Positions 1-13,276 of a stretch of 64,000 nt of DNA are shown in pieces. Under the pieces are notes generated by a model. It worked only from the letters and a program-made list of their open reading frames with translations. It did no database searches and had not been told where the DNA came from. The translations under genes were made by a program, and so were the position numbers. Each line of letters opens with the position of its first letter. Position 1 is the stretch's first letter. The stretch is from Eledone cirrhosa. Lineage: Eukaryota. The DNA is taken from NCBI GenBank assembly GCA_964016885.1, contig OZ024740.1, positions 355,694,001 to 355,758,000 on the forward strand, read 5' to 3'.

Positions 1-3000
1 TAACTAAATATATATGCATATATAGTCCCTGAACTCCAGGTGAGGTTGTAGGGACACTTGTGACATTTATCTTGGGCATTAAAACCTGGTGGAGTCCATC
101 CCTCTCCAAGTACAGCCAACTTCTGCCAGAGAAAGAGTGAGATAAAGAAGAATCAACCTCAGAATTGAATTGGTACTTCATTCATTAACCTTGAAAAGAT
201 GGATAGCAAAGCTGGCTTCAGTGGGATTTAAACTTAGAATGCAAAAGGGTGGAATGAATATTGTGAAGCAATCTCTCCAACGTTCATTTGACTCCTCCAA
301 TACATTGCATTAAATACATAAGTAGGTTATAAAAATCCTGAATTTCAAAATAAAAGCTATTTTTTCTATATTGTTTTAAACCATTTTGAGACTGTTTCTA
401 ATGAAATACACTATTTCAATTAGGTAATGAAATAATTGATAATTTTTAATAATCTCTCAAAATTTTGCATTTCTAAAATAGAAACTAAACATAGTTCTTA
501 TATGTTGAAAGATATTAATTTATATAGAAACTCTTTAATATGAGTGGCTTTGTTTCATAGAACCAGAAGCAGTTTTGCCCAGGTTATTAAGAAAGTTAAT
601 GAGAAATATAATCTGAACGAATAAAGAAAACGGGATGCACACGTCTGTATGGCTGTAAACTGTTCAACATAATCTATCGCCAGTGATAAAGAGCTAGTGG
701 ATGTGTTTTAATTATTTTCCAGTCAAGTTGTGTAATGCTGTCAAGTTTACAAGAAACATGCTCCTTTCCAGGTGAATTACTATATTACACAATACAAAGC
801 GTTAACACAACAGTTGTTACATAAGATTTCTTGTAATCATGATATATTGGCAGTTATCCTAAAGGGCACAATATCAGAAACAGGAAAGCCTCTACATGGT
901 TTTTGTCCTGCTAGAAATAGCAATTAAACCCCCTCCTCTTAAATCACACTCTTCTGTCTTTAACCCTTTCGTTGATGAAATATAAATATGCTGCCAATGT
1001 GTTTCAATTAATTTTTAAAATAATCAAGAATTTGGAAAATTTGGTATTACAACTAACTTACTCGTTATGTTGATGTTTGAAACATTACTTAAAGGTTCTT
1101 ATATAAAATTATGAACCCTTTAAATCAGGCAATTTTGTATTTTAGAACTAGGAGCAGTTTTATAAGGTTTAATATCAAAGAAGTTAAAAAATATAAAACA
1201 TGCTACACTGTATAACGTAACCTTAGATATGCTGTTTTGATAAAAGATAGGATGTTCAAAGCTAGAATTGGTCATAAGTCTGCCTGATCAGTGTTGACCT
1301 GGGATTTTATAAAAACAACAACCACCTTCCAGCAAAGTTAAATGTCTACACACACACAGACATATATTTATATACACATACAAACAGAGCTAACTAAGGA
1401 AATTTCCGGACTGAATTTGACTGTTCTATTTACGTGTTCTACTTAATATGTTCTATTTACATTTGTTATAATGAAAAAAAATTTGTTTTCATAATTTTCA
1501 ACTGGAATGTTAACACTCCATTCTGGGATTCCATACAGATGGAATAGCAAAAATTAGCTGCAATTAATTTTGTTTTTTCTTTTCTATTTTGCAACATGTT
1601 TCTGTGTCAATATGGTTTGTTTGTAAATTTGAACAAGTGAATAGAGTTGGTGCATTTCTAAGTATTGTTGCTGTTATTGAGTAGCTTCAGTTAGGTTTTG
1701 TTAAGGCCTATCGTCAAGGGTTAGCTAATTGAGGAAATATTCCATTGTTATCCTAGCTATGGATATCCATTCTTTATCATGGAATACAATGTTTAAAAAT
1801 AACAGGAGGTCCTCATTATTTCAAAGCAGAAAACTACTTACTGAAAGATATTTAACTGCTTAAAGTCCTCTACTGCATGAAGCCATATTAATGAAACATT
1901 GTTGAAAAGCATAAAACAGCACTATGGCTACATCACATTAAAATTAACTCTTTACAGTAAATTTTCACTACAATCTGTTGTCTAGTAAAGATACTATAAA
2001 CATTTGAATTAAAGCATTACAAGATGTTAAAAGTTAAAACTAATATCTAATGAGGCTGTTGTTTTGAAGTGCCTTTAATCTGTTTTTAAAGTATTAAAGG
2101 CAGACAGGATTTACAACATATTCTATGTGGTCACTCAACCTGCTAGAAATAGCAACCAAATCTATCACAAATTTTACAATATCATCTATAAAACTATGAT
2201 ATATTGGGTAATTTAGTTCTGTTTATTATGTCAAAATAAAACATGAGATGATCACAGCTGGAATGCTGCTGATCATAGTTTTGTGCTGCTCAATCAAAGA
2301 TGACCTGGGGCTACTCAAGTGTCCAGCCTAGGCCAACATGCAGAAAATGCCAAATTTAAAATAATGAGAATGGTGGTAGTTGATTTACTCGTCTATTGAC
2401 CTGTAATCAATATACTTATAATCTTTTACTTGTTTCAGTTATTAGACTGCAGCTATACTGGGGCACAACCCTAATTTAGTTGATCGTATCAACCCTTATC
2501 GGTTGCTTTTTTACTGAACTGGTAAGTTACAGGATATATATACAGACAGACACAAATAGACATACACACACTGCACTGGGTAATTGCTGGCCGTGAGCCA
2601 AAAGTAGAAACAATTATATATTCATTTAATTTATTAATTAATTATTTGTGTGACCCGAATTTTCCCGGTCGTTTTTTCGGCTGTGCGAATGATTTTAAGC
2701 ATTGTCTCTATGTGTTGGTATTTTAACGATAGTTATAGCTCTGGTTTACCCAAACTATTGAGCCCTCTGCCACACATTTCGAAGATGGTGTTTCGTGATT
2801 TCGTGGGCTGAGATTTCGATTCTCGATTATTTATTTGTACACACACACACACACACACACAATAAAAAGTCAGAACTAGCTGTTGAAATGGCAAGAGCTC
2901 AGCCGTTGAGTCAAGACTCTTCATAATATACCCATACTCTACTACCACAAGTATTAAGTTCTCTGTTGAGTAATGGTCTAAACAGTTTTAAACAAGTTCT

Positions 3001-3129
3001 ATCCTGATATATATATATATTATATATATTAGTCCAAACCTTACAAGCAAGAAAGCAAACATTAAAACGATGAAGATATTTATATACACACACACACATA
3101 TGCGAAAAGTAAATGGAAAACAACACCAA

Positions 3130-3250
3130 ATGATACAGAAAATGGAGATACATATTAGTTTAACTTTTGATATTGTAGGCAAAGTCTTAATGTTTTGGAT
3201 GCTAGTCCTTCACCAAAAGGATAGAATGAGAAATAAAAGAATAGAAAGAT
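3130..3250 (-). mobile_element. Relic of the 6.7-kb hammerhead-bearing repeat family
   Basis: Reverse complement ...ttttggtgaaggactagcatccaaaacattaagac...aactaatatgtatc aligns with 6660-6765. Confidence 0.6.
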
Positions 3251-4057
3251 AAAGGAGAGTGAGAAGGGGAAGGGGAAGGGGAAGAAACAAAAAAAATTGG
3301 CCGGTGGGTAACAGCATGTGTATTCAGTCAGCCATTTTGGGAAAGGGCTGGTCAGAAAGTATCTTAAATATTAGAGAGGTTTGGAAAGAGAGATAATTCT
3401 TGTAAATTTTGAGAGGACAGGCATGTGTGTGTATATGTGTAATTGAGCATGTGCTTGTTTGTCTGTCTGTGCAAAGATATGAATGTATGTACATTAGAAT
3501 GTAACAAAACTGGTTGCTGTTGGGATTGTAGAAGTATGCGCATGGACATGAGCTGATCAATGCAGGGAGGTACACCTATCCATGTGAAATTCTGCGTACA
3601 CATACAGACACACACAAGTTCAATCAATGGAACAGCCTGCTTATGAAATTAACATATAAGTGACTAAGCATTCCAGAGACATGTATAACTTAAATATAAT
3701 TCTCAGGGAGATTCAGCATGTCATAATGTATGACAAGGCTGGCCATATGAAATATATGTATAGTCTATCTGATAGACTTCCCAAAAGTTTCTGTCTACCA
3801 AATTTCACTGACAAAGTATGGGTCGACCTAAGGTTATGGTAAATGACACTTCCTCAAGATGCTCTGCATTAGGATCGAACCTAAGACCCAGTGATTGTAA
3901 ATTGAAGATTTAAATCATTCGACCATATTGCATCCTCATAATATGGCTATATAAACTAACAGCCATCTAAATTCAAAAATATATAATAGTATAACGAAAA
4001 ACAAAACATGTTTGTTAAAACACTAAAAGCAGAAATAATGCCCATGTGAAATACACA

Positions 4058-4250
4058 CATATGTATCTATACACACACACATATATATATATGTATATAG
4101 GTATATGTATGTATGTGCATGTATGTGCATGTATGTGTATGTATGTACGTGTATGTATGTATGTGCATGTACGTGTATGTATGTACATATGTATGTACGT
4201 GTGTATGTATGTGTGTATGTATGTATATGTATGTATTATGTGTATGTATT
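4058..4250. repeat. (ATGT)n/(AT)n microsatellite
   Basis: Seen directly. Confidence 0.95.
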
Positions 4251-4253
4251 TAT

Positions 4254-4860
4254 GTCAGGTCACCAGTTGGTGCTACTGGTAACATGTATCCCAGTACAAC
4301 CTGTCTCATGGTCGGGTCGTTGGCGACTAAACTGGCAACCCCACCAAGGTTTCTTGGTGAGGAGGGTGACTTTGGACATCCTGCAGGACTAAAAACAAAA
4401 CCTGTCAAAGGGCAAAGGAGCTCTTAAGAGTCAATGGCCATCCAAAATCACCGGGAGAGATGACCCCTTAGCCTTTGTCAAGGCAGAATTCTAGAAGGAA
4501 AACTCTGATATAACACCTGCAACCCTGATGGTATCCAATGATGTTGACTTGTTCTTCTTTTTGGTAAATATCATCTTGGTTAAGAGAGTGGGACTGGCTT
4601 TGTGCAGTGCCTTTGCTCACTATAAAAGCTTCACGGCACAGGCATTGCTTTATCTCTGGAGATCTCTCTGCACTTGTCCTCACATGGTACCATGGGCCCA
4701 GCACTATGTGTCAATAATTGTCACAAGTGTAGTGTTTGTACCAGAGTTTTCAAGTCGCTGGCTGGACTCAAAAGTCACACTCGTTCAGCGCATCGCTAGG
4801 GGTTCTCCTGCATGTATATAAAGTAGTGGCCGTACTCGAAAACGAGTTGGCAGCCACCAT
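4254..4860 (+). mobile_element. Internally deleted RTE/BovB-like element ending in a C2H2 zinc finger
   Basis: GC-richer island between (ATGT)n arrays. 4722-4799 translates HKCSVCTRVFKSLAGLKSHTRSAHR* (C-x2-C-x12-H-x4-H), followed by a short 3' UTR with a hairpin and an (ATGT)n tail. Confidence 0.6.
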
Positions 4861-4863
4861 ATG

Positions 4864-4909
<46 letters not shown>

Positions 4910-5239
4910 TATATATGTATGTGTGTATATGTATGTATGTGTGTATGTATGTGTGTATGTATGTATGTGTATGTGCGTGTATGTATGTGTGTATGTATGT
5001 ATATGTATGTATATGTATGTATATGTATGTATGTATATATGTATATATGTATGCATGTATGTGCATGTATGTATGTGTGTATGTGTGCATGTGTGTGTGC
5101 ATGTATGTATGTGTGTGTGTGCATGTATGTATGTGTGTGGATAAATGTATGTGGTGTGCATGTATGTATGTATGTATGTGTGTGCATGCATGTATGTATG
5201 TGTGCATGTGCGTATATATATATATATATATATATATAT
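4860..5239. repeat. (ATGT)n/(AT)n microsatellite
   Basis: Seen directly. Confidence 0.95.
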
Positions 5240-5682
5240 TTTCATGTATCCTTTTAATACAGGAAAGATAACTAATTTATAAAACAGACACAAATACAGG
5301 ATATTAAAATTCAAACAAGTTTGTCAACACTCCTATTACATATAGCAACATGCTATACCATTTGGCATCTTAGTAATGATAAATAAAATTTTTTCATACA
5401 TTAGATCATAAACTTTTAACAGCAGAAAACAAACAGACTTCTATATATCTCATCAGCAACAGGGTTAAAAAAAAAAAAAAAAAAAAAAAATAACTACCAT
5501 CAAACTATAGCTAAAATCTGGATAAGAAAGGTATTCTTTGTTTCTTCTATATAAAACAAAATATGCTCAATAAAATGAAGTTATGTTCTCGAAAATTCTG
5601 AACATCAAAAAAGGCCACCATTGTTTAGTTTCGCCAATTTTGAAGTCTTTTATCAAAATTTTTGTACATGAAAGCCAGTTAC

Positions 5683-5686
<4 letters not shown>

Positions 5687-5742
<56 letters not shown>

Positions 5743-5856
5743 GTATATATATGTATATATATGTATATATATATGTATATATGTGTATATATGTGTATAT
5801 ATGTGTGTGTGTGTGTGTGTGCGTGCGTGTGCGTGTGCGTGCGCGTGTGCGTGTGT
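5687..5856. repeat. (AT)n-(GT)n-(GCGT)n compound microsatellite
   Basis: Seen directly. Confidence 0.95.
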
Positions 5857-6637
5857 TTATTCGTTTAATGGGAGACTGAGTCGCTAAGTAGAATATAAAT
5901 AGAATATATAAAAATAACTTCACCTACTGTCAAATCAAAGGTTGACCTTCCACCATTTAGTAATACATATTTCGTTCCAACACTTACTCTTGTGTGAATT
6001 TCTTATTGGTTTGTAGTGTTTACTATGACATAAGAATTCATTTGAGTGGCTACAGTTTTTTCCTACCAAGTTCAATAATCATTCAACATAAACTGGAAAA
6101 AAATACTTTATTACATCATAGCATAGAGTATTTTGTTTAACCTCTGTTGGTTCTGACGGTGAGTGTCCCAGTTGTTCAAAGAATGAAACAGCTTGCACAT
6201 GAAATTAACGTGTAAGTGGCTGAGCACTCCACATACACGTACTTTTAATGTAGTTTTCAAGGAGATTCAGTATGACAGTGTGTGGCAATGTACAACCAAT
6301 TTTTGCCAGCTGAATAAACTGAAGCAACAAGAAATATAGTGTCTTGCACATGGGCACAGCATGCCATCATGTTTATAGTATGATATATTATTCATCATAT
6401 AAATTAACATATCATGGTTACTTAGTGAATGACGATAGCATGAACAGTTAAAGTGTCAAACTATCAATCAAATATGGTTCATATCCTGTTACTGCCACTG
6501 TACAATATCCATAGAAAGGGCATGTTGTAAGCTAAATACATGGTGCAATTAAGGAATTATTAAATTAAATATTTTTTTTTTTTACTAGAAGACCCAGCAT
6601 TATTGACAAGTACTATGCCAATGTGTATATAATTTCT

Positions 6638-6834
6638 TCCTGAGAAAAAAAAAAAAAATTCTATTTTGTCTTTTATCTCACATTCTTATCTTCTGATGAA
6701 GGACTAGCCTCTGAAACGTTATGAATCTTTTCCAACTATATCAAGAATTAAGCTAATATGTATCATCATTGTACTGTATTGTACTCCCATGTTTTATCAC
6801 GCCTGCACGTGTGCGCGTGTGCGCGCGTGCGCGC

Positions 6835-6876
<42 letters not shown>

Positions 6877-7399
6877 ATATATATATATATACACATATTT
6901 ACATATAAGGGTTAAGATCAATATCCAGTGATTGTGTACACACACACACACACACACACGTGTATACACACATCCAAAATTAGAGACATCATACACAATT
7001 GAGAATGATTTGGCAGTATGGATTCAAGTGGAACATTAGGATATGACAGGTGGACTGAGAGATGGTTGCACCTTTACTGGGCGGGTGCGTTTTGTTGTGT
7101 CACAGCGTAACCACCTTGCACAGTGGATTGAGAGCTGCCTCTTGTCATGTTACCAGTCAATTGTGTATGACGTCTCTAATTTTGGATGTGTACACAATCA
7201 CTAGATATTGATCTTAACCCACACACACAGAGTCAACAAGATAAAACAACATGGGAGTACAATACAATACAATACAATACAATGATGATACATATTAGCT
7301 TAATTCTTGATATTGTTGGAAAAGAGTCATAACGTTTCAGAAGATAAGAATGTGAGATAAAAGACAAAATAGAAATTTTTTTTTTTTTTTTTCTCAGGA
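6638..7399. mobile_element. Fold-back element, probable Penelope-like inverted pseudo-LTRs
   Basis: Arms 6638-7002 and 7157-7399 are reverse complements apart from microsatellite expansions. The left arm carries a hammerhead motif. Confidence 0.7.
6689..6724 (+). ncRNA. Minimal type-I hammerhead ribozyme motif, slightly degenerate
   Basis: TCTT-CTGATGA-A-GGACTAGCCTCT-GAAA-CGTT-ATGA: conserved core CUGAUGA and GAAA, palindromic ACGT stem III, one mismatch in stem I. Confidence 0.6.
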
Positions 7400-7829
7400 T
7401 GGATTGTGTGTTTTGGTTGTTGTGGCACCAGATTGCCATACAGGGTGGGGGTTTTTTTTTTTTTTGAGGCAGCAACATTATGGAAAGGAGGAGAACAGAT
7501 ATAGAGCATGTCTAGCTTTCCATGCTTATGTGCCCGAGTTGCACAGGGCAAGAGAGGTACCTTGAGCATGTGGACTGTGGGGAGGGAAGAAGTATGCAAG
7601 TTGGACATGGATGAGGTGAGTGGGGTATTTAGTTGGTGGGGGTGGGATATTAAGCCTGGGAACATTGAATGGGAGAGGGGTAGGGAGATTGGTGCAGACA
7701 AGTGTCCTCTACATGTTTGCTTCATCCTGTGTATATGGGAAGGAAGGTTTTCTGCAGTACATCATAACACCAGTGATCTCAATCCTGTATCATTTCTCCT
7801 GAGAGGTTTAATTGTTCAAGGCTATCTTT

Positions 7830-8317
7830 GATCACTTCATGCCAATCTTTCCTAGGTCTTCCTCTTCCATAGCTTCCACCAGCCTTGAGTAACATGCAGC
7901 TTTTAATACAGCTGTCATTCTCCATGCGATTCACATGTCCATACTCCTACAATCTCCTTTCTTACACATTGCATCTGACCCCTCTTATGCTGTTTTTCTC
8001 TCAGTTCATTGACACTTGACCGTTCATGCAAACCACTATTACACAGCTATTGAAGTATGCAAGCTTCATTTCTTGCCAATCTTCTGCAGTGCTCAGATCT
8101 CACTTTATGCAGCATTTCTGTTTGTACACAAGCATCATACAATCTGGTTTTCATTTTGATGAATAAACCCGTTGTAGTTAGCTGAGGTAGTAGCTCCCTG
8201 AACTTTCTCCACCTCATCCTCGCTCTGATTACTGTATTTTCAGAACACACCTACACAGCTAATTTGGCCACCCAGGTAACAGAAGCTATCAACTACTACT
8301 ACGGAGCCGCCTGAGCC
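7830..8317 (-). mobile_element. RTE LINE 3' fragment
   Basis: CSENTVIRARMRWRKFRELLPQL...RLYDACV...RRLARNEACIL matches the C-terminal part of the intact ORF. Confidence 0.88.
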
Positions 8318-9114
8318 TTTTATAGAGTGATGTGCTGCTGGTTGTCGAACTTGGTGGTGAATTGTTGACCCCCCCCCCCCCACACACACACACCTTGTTT
8401 TTTCTTTCTCTCGCTCTGGTCGTTATATTTTCCTACCAATAGATAATTGTATTTATTATATGTCTTTATAGTTTCATTCGGAAAGAATTGTGAACAATGT
8501 GTAATGTTAATTTTACAACTGTGAATAAAATATACTGTCAATGTTTATGCTGGAAGATTTTAGAATGATTGGCTTTGTTTCATAGAACCAGAAGCAGTTT
8601 TAGGTGAGTTGGTATGAAAACAATAGGATTCAGAAACAGAAATATAGGATTGGTATCAAAAGAATTACGCCAAAACAAAAACATCAATTATATCTAGAAC
8701 TAATATAATGGTACAATAAGAACTAAAGCAGTCAGTCACATGACCTAATTTAGTCATATTGGTGAGTTTAAGATCTAATGACCTTATTTCTAACTAAAGT
8801 GTGAGAAATTAGTAAGCCAAGTGTTGGTAAAGTGCTTCATCATTTAGTTTAGTTTAATGTAAAGCAACAGAAATTAAATAATATATAATGTGGAAAGTGA
8901 TATATGTAATAATAATAATAATGGTTTCTGATTTAAGCACAAGGCCAGCAATTTCGGGGAAGGGTAAAGTTGATTACATTGATCCCCAGTTTGTGACAAT
9001 TTCATTACTTTATTGAAGGATGTAAGGAGGAGGAGAAAAACAACAACACAAGTGGTTGTTTCCTCTACGATTTATGGTTTGCATTACTGATAACCTATGA
9101 AAAGATGAAGAGAA

Positions 9115-11104
9115 ACAATAGGGCCATTAGAGACAAAAGACTAGCATGGAATGCTTGGAAAAATGGTGGGAGTAGAGAAGGATACACAGCCGCTAAGAGA
9201 GAAGCTAGACGTCAGGTGTACTTAGCACGCAGGGAGGCTGAGATTAGGAGGTTTGCCAATGTTCTGCGTCGGGAAGATCAGAGACGTGCGGTGTTCTGCA
9301 TTGCAAGGCAGTGTGTCAGTGCAAATTAGGATGTTGTTGGAGATAAATGTGTCCGGAATGATGCCGGTGTACTTAGTGTCACGAATGATCAGAAAAAGGA
9401 GGCCTGGAAATGTCATTATGAGAGACTGACGAATGTGGAGAACGAATGAGAGAGAGAGAAATTACCCCCAGTAGATCCGACAGAGAGACCAGCTATTGAG
9501 ATTGATGAATATAGGGTCCAAGAGGCGATTAAGGAAATGAAAAATGGTAAGGCCGCTGGACCGTCAGGGATAGTTGCTGAGATGTTGAAGGCATCAGGGG
9601 ACATAGGCACTAAACTGGTTGCACGCATCATCAATCAGGCTATATATGGTGGTGTCATACCCAAAGACTGGTGCAGCAGTATTCTCAAATTGCTACAAAG
9701 GTAGAGAGGAGCAATTATAAGGGCATAAAACTGATGGCTCATGAAAGTGGCAGAAAGGATATTAGCGCAACTAATTAAAGAACGGGTCAAACTAGATGAG
9801 ATGCAGTTTGGTTTTGTGCCTGGGAAAAGTACAATGGATGCCCTCTTCTTAGTAAGAAGTTCTTAGAGAAGAATAAGCCACTATACTTAGCTTTTGTTGA
9901 CCTAGAGAAGGCCTTTGATAGGGTACCCTGATCTGCCATCTAGTGGTCCCTAAGGATGCTGGGTGTTGATGAATGGCTTGTGAGGACAGTGCAAACTTTG
10001 TACAGAGGTGCTGTCAGTAAAGTGAGGGTAGGAATGGAGGAATTCCAGATACAAGTAGGAGTACATCAGGGATCAGTCCTCAGTCCGCTCTTGTTCATTA
10101 TAGTCCTCCAAGCCATAACTGAGGAGTTTAAGACTGGCTGTCCATGGGAACTTCTCTATGCTGACGATCTGGTTCTTATAGCAGAATCAGTAGAAGAGCT
10201 AGAGAATAAATTCTGGCTATGGAAACAGCAGTTGGAAGCAAGAGGACTGAGAGTGAACCTAGCTAAGACAAAAGTGTTGAGTAGAAAAGAGGACAAAACT
10301 CTGATTCCGTCAGGGAAATGGCCATGTTCGATATGCAGAAAAGTAACTGGCATAAATCCTATAAAATGCACATAGTGCAGATCTTGGGTACACAAGAGAT
10401 GTAGTGGGATAGCAGGCAAACTAACAGGTAGGGAGAAATACGTATGAAGCAGATGTACAGGGAAATTTGACAGTAGAAGTCGCATTGATAGACACATTTT
10501 TCAAATGCAGGTGGGTGCTATAGAAGTGGTTGATAGCTTCCGGTACCTAGGTGATCAGATTAGCATGGGAGAGGAGTGTTCCGAGGCCATAGTATCTAGA
10601 ATAAGGATGGGTTGGAAGAAGTTTAGGGAGCTGCTTCCTCTGCTGACGAATAAGGGTTTCTCCCTGTGTACGAAAGGCCATTTATATGATGCCTGTGTGA
10701 GGTGCGCGATGCTGCATGGTAGTGAGACATGGGCAGCAACTGCAGAGGATATGCGACGGCTGGAGAGAAATGCTCCATTGGTTGTGCAATGCCAATATGC
10801 GTAAACGGCCAAGCATGGATGTGTTGAAAGAGAAACTGTGTCTGAGAGGCATAAATTGTTATGTGTGGGAGAGGAGACTGCGATGGTATGGACATGTGAT
10901 GTGTATGGACGTGATGCAGTTGAAGGAAGACGTAGTAGTGGAAGACCACAAAAAACATGGGCGGAGGTGGTGAGAGCAGACCTCAGATCACTGAAGCTCA
11001 CGGTGGAGATGACAAAGGACGGTGACAAGTGGAGAGATGCTGTGCTGAATAGGACCCATCCCACCCTTGCAAGCAGGGAAAAGAGGACGTAAAATGATGA
11101 TGAT
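9115..11104 (+). mobile_element. 5'-truncated, decayed RTE LINE (related subfamily)
   Basis: Fragments AKREARRQVYLARRE, GVHQGSVLSPLLF, ELLYADDL, PSGKWPCSICRK, FRYLGD, RLRWYGHV with many stops and frameshifts. Short 3' end with (GAT)n tail. Confidence 0.93.
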
Positions 11105-11107
11105 TAT

Positions 11108-11138
<31 letters not shown>

Positions 11139-11488
11139 GGGAGAGAGGTACAAGTAAAATATTTCTATATCTACTCAACCCTGAAGCATGTAGTGAGCTC
11201 TATCCTAATGTATCGTCTTCTAGGCCCTAAAACATGAACACACACACACACATGGGTGTGTATGTGTAACTATGAATAAGTATATGTACGTCTATATATA
11301 CACAGTTCGGTTCACATGTCAACACAAGAGCAAGAATGAAGGGTTCATTCCACTGACATGGTTATAAAAGTGAGGCTTGTTTGCATAATTGCAAACGAAT
11401 TGAATGTTATTAATATTCGAAAAACTCAGATTACATTTATTGTATTCAGCCATGTAGAGCGAAAATTTTCTTTTTTATATATACACAC

Positions 11489-11523
<35 letters not shown>

Positions 11524-11680
11524 ACTAGTTTAGCTTCAAAACATGACCACCCTTTTAACACATGCAAGCATGAAATTCCTTCCTCCTTGCCCTTGTTTAT
11601 TTAAATAACAACAGTTAAAATTTGAATAACTTTCAGACTGACTTATATTTAGAATTAAGTCAATAATACTTTCTTTACCA

Positions 11681-12748
11681 TCTATCTATATATTACTAAA
11701 AGTCTGTGATTGCTTGCTTGTCTGTAATGTAATACAGCCAAAAGGGTGCATAGTGGGAAATGGGAATACAAATGGAATAAAACAAGTTTTGCATAAATCA
11801 AAGCACGGATTCCCAAGATATGGGGTTTTTCCAGGTACCTTCATAAATAGCCAAAATGGTGCATAATGGAAATATACTCCGAAAGTAGCATAACCCTGCA
11901 AACCTTCATAAATAGCTAAAATGGTGCATAATGGGAAAATACTCTGAAAGTAAAATAACCCTGAAATGGGAATACAAACAGAATAAAACAAGTTTGGCGT
12001 AAGTTGGGCATAAAATTATTTTTGAATAATGAAAATATTGTCTAAGTGAATAGGATTTAAAAAATTCATTAAACATTTTTTTTCAGTGATTTGTCAGTGA
12101 ATATGATTTCAAGAATACAAGTTGTTTGTACTTTAAGTATCTATATTTCAGCTCTCTTTAAACAGACGACTAAAGAGACAATATTTTAATTATTAAAGAA
12201 AAAAATGTTTTTCAGTGAATATGACAGAAAAATATGAGTTGTTTTACAGTGGAGTGACTGAACAGCTATTAGTGAAAAATAGCTTGATATTTTCTTTGTG
12301 AAAATACTTGTGAATAATACTGTGAAAAGACAAGTTTCGCATAAATCGGACCACGAGTTCCCGTGATACAAGTTTTTTTTGGGTATCTTTATATATAGCC
12401 AAACTGCTGCATAACGGGAAAATACTTTGAAAGTAAAGTACCATAGAAATGTGAATACAAACGGAATAAAACAAGTTTTGCATAAATCAGAGCACAGGTT
12501 ACCCGAGATATGGGGTTTTTCTGGGTACCTTCATAAATAGAGAGAGAGAAGGATAGAGAGAAAGAGATAGTGGTTGTGAGAGAGAGTAGGTTGAAAGAGA
12601 AACAGAGAGAGAAAGAAAATGGAAAAAGAGACAGAACTGGTGGTGGTGTTGAATGAAATTACAACTGGTGATTTCAAGGAAACAAATACAGCATTACGTG
12701 AGTGAGTGTGTGTGACCGGTGTATATAGGTCACAGACACCTGCATATA

Positions 12749-12800
<52 letters not shown>

Positions 12801-12912
12801 AATATAGGGGCCTTCCAATTTCATTTTACATTATATACATGTCTGTGCATATTTTAATTATTTAAAAATTATTTTTAAGCTAACGTAACCCAACGGGTCA
12901 CAGGTGGTCTAG
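11681..12912 (+). mobile_element. Non-autonomous Helitron
   Basis: 5' TC, 3' hairpin GTAACCC-AAC-GGGTCAC, then CTAG (12909-12912). Inserted between A and T with no target duplication. Internal imperfect tandem repeats. Confidence 0.8.
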
Positions 12913-13276
12913 TATTTATAATGAAATTCACTGTCATTGAATTAACTACTGTGGGAATTTGGGGTGATTTAATAAATATATTATTTCACTATAAACATAG
13001 TATTTGTAATATAATTTAACCAAATATTGAAGCATAAATTGATATAAAAATTTTTTATTTAAAAAAAAAACTTTAAAAATTGGTGGCTTTATTTCACTGA
13101 ACCAGTGGTCGTGTGCTATCAAAAGGTTAATTACTTCATGAAACTATTTGGACAAGCCCAGGATAAATGGATAAATGATTTTTAACTTTTATTTTCACCA
13201 TGTTAGTGAAAGTCAGCATTAATACCAGTCATTTTCAACAGTCGTTTTTACAATGATTCACTGACACAACCAAATC

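Noticed and set aside
4254-4340. HDV-like ribozyme at the 5' end of the short RTE derivative
   Set aside because: A P4-like hairpin, CTAA and a P2-like pairing are present, but no proper P3/L3 could be placed. Reported only as a structured region.
4722-4799. Host C2H2 zinc-finger gene exon
   Set aside because: Single finger without TGEKP linkers, followed by a stop and a microsatellite tail, which fits a retroelement terminus better.
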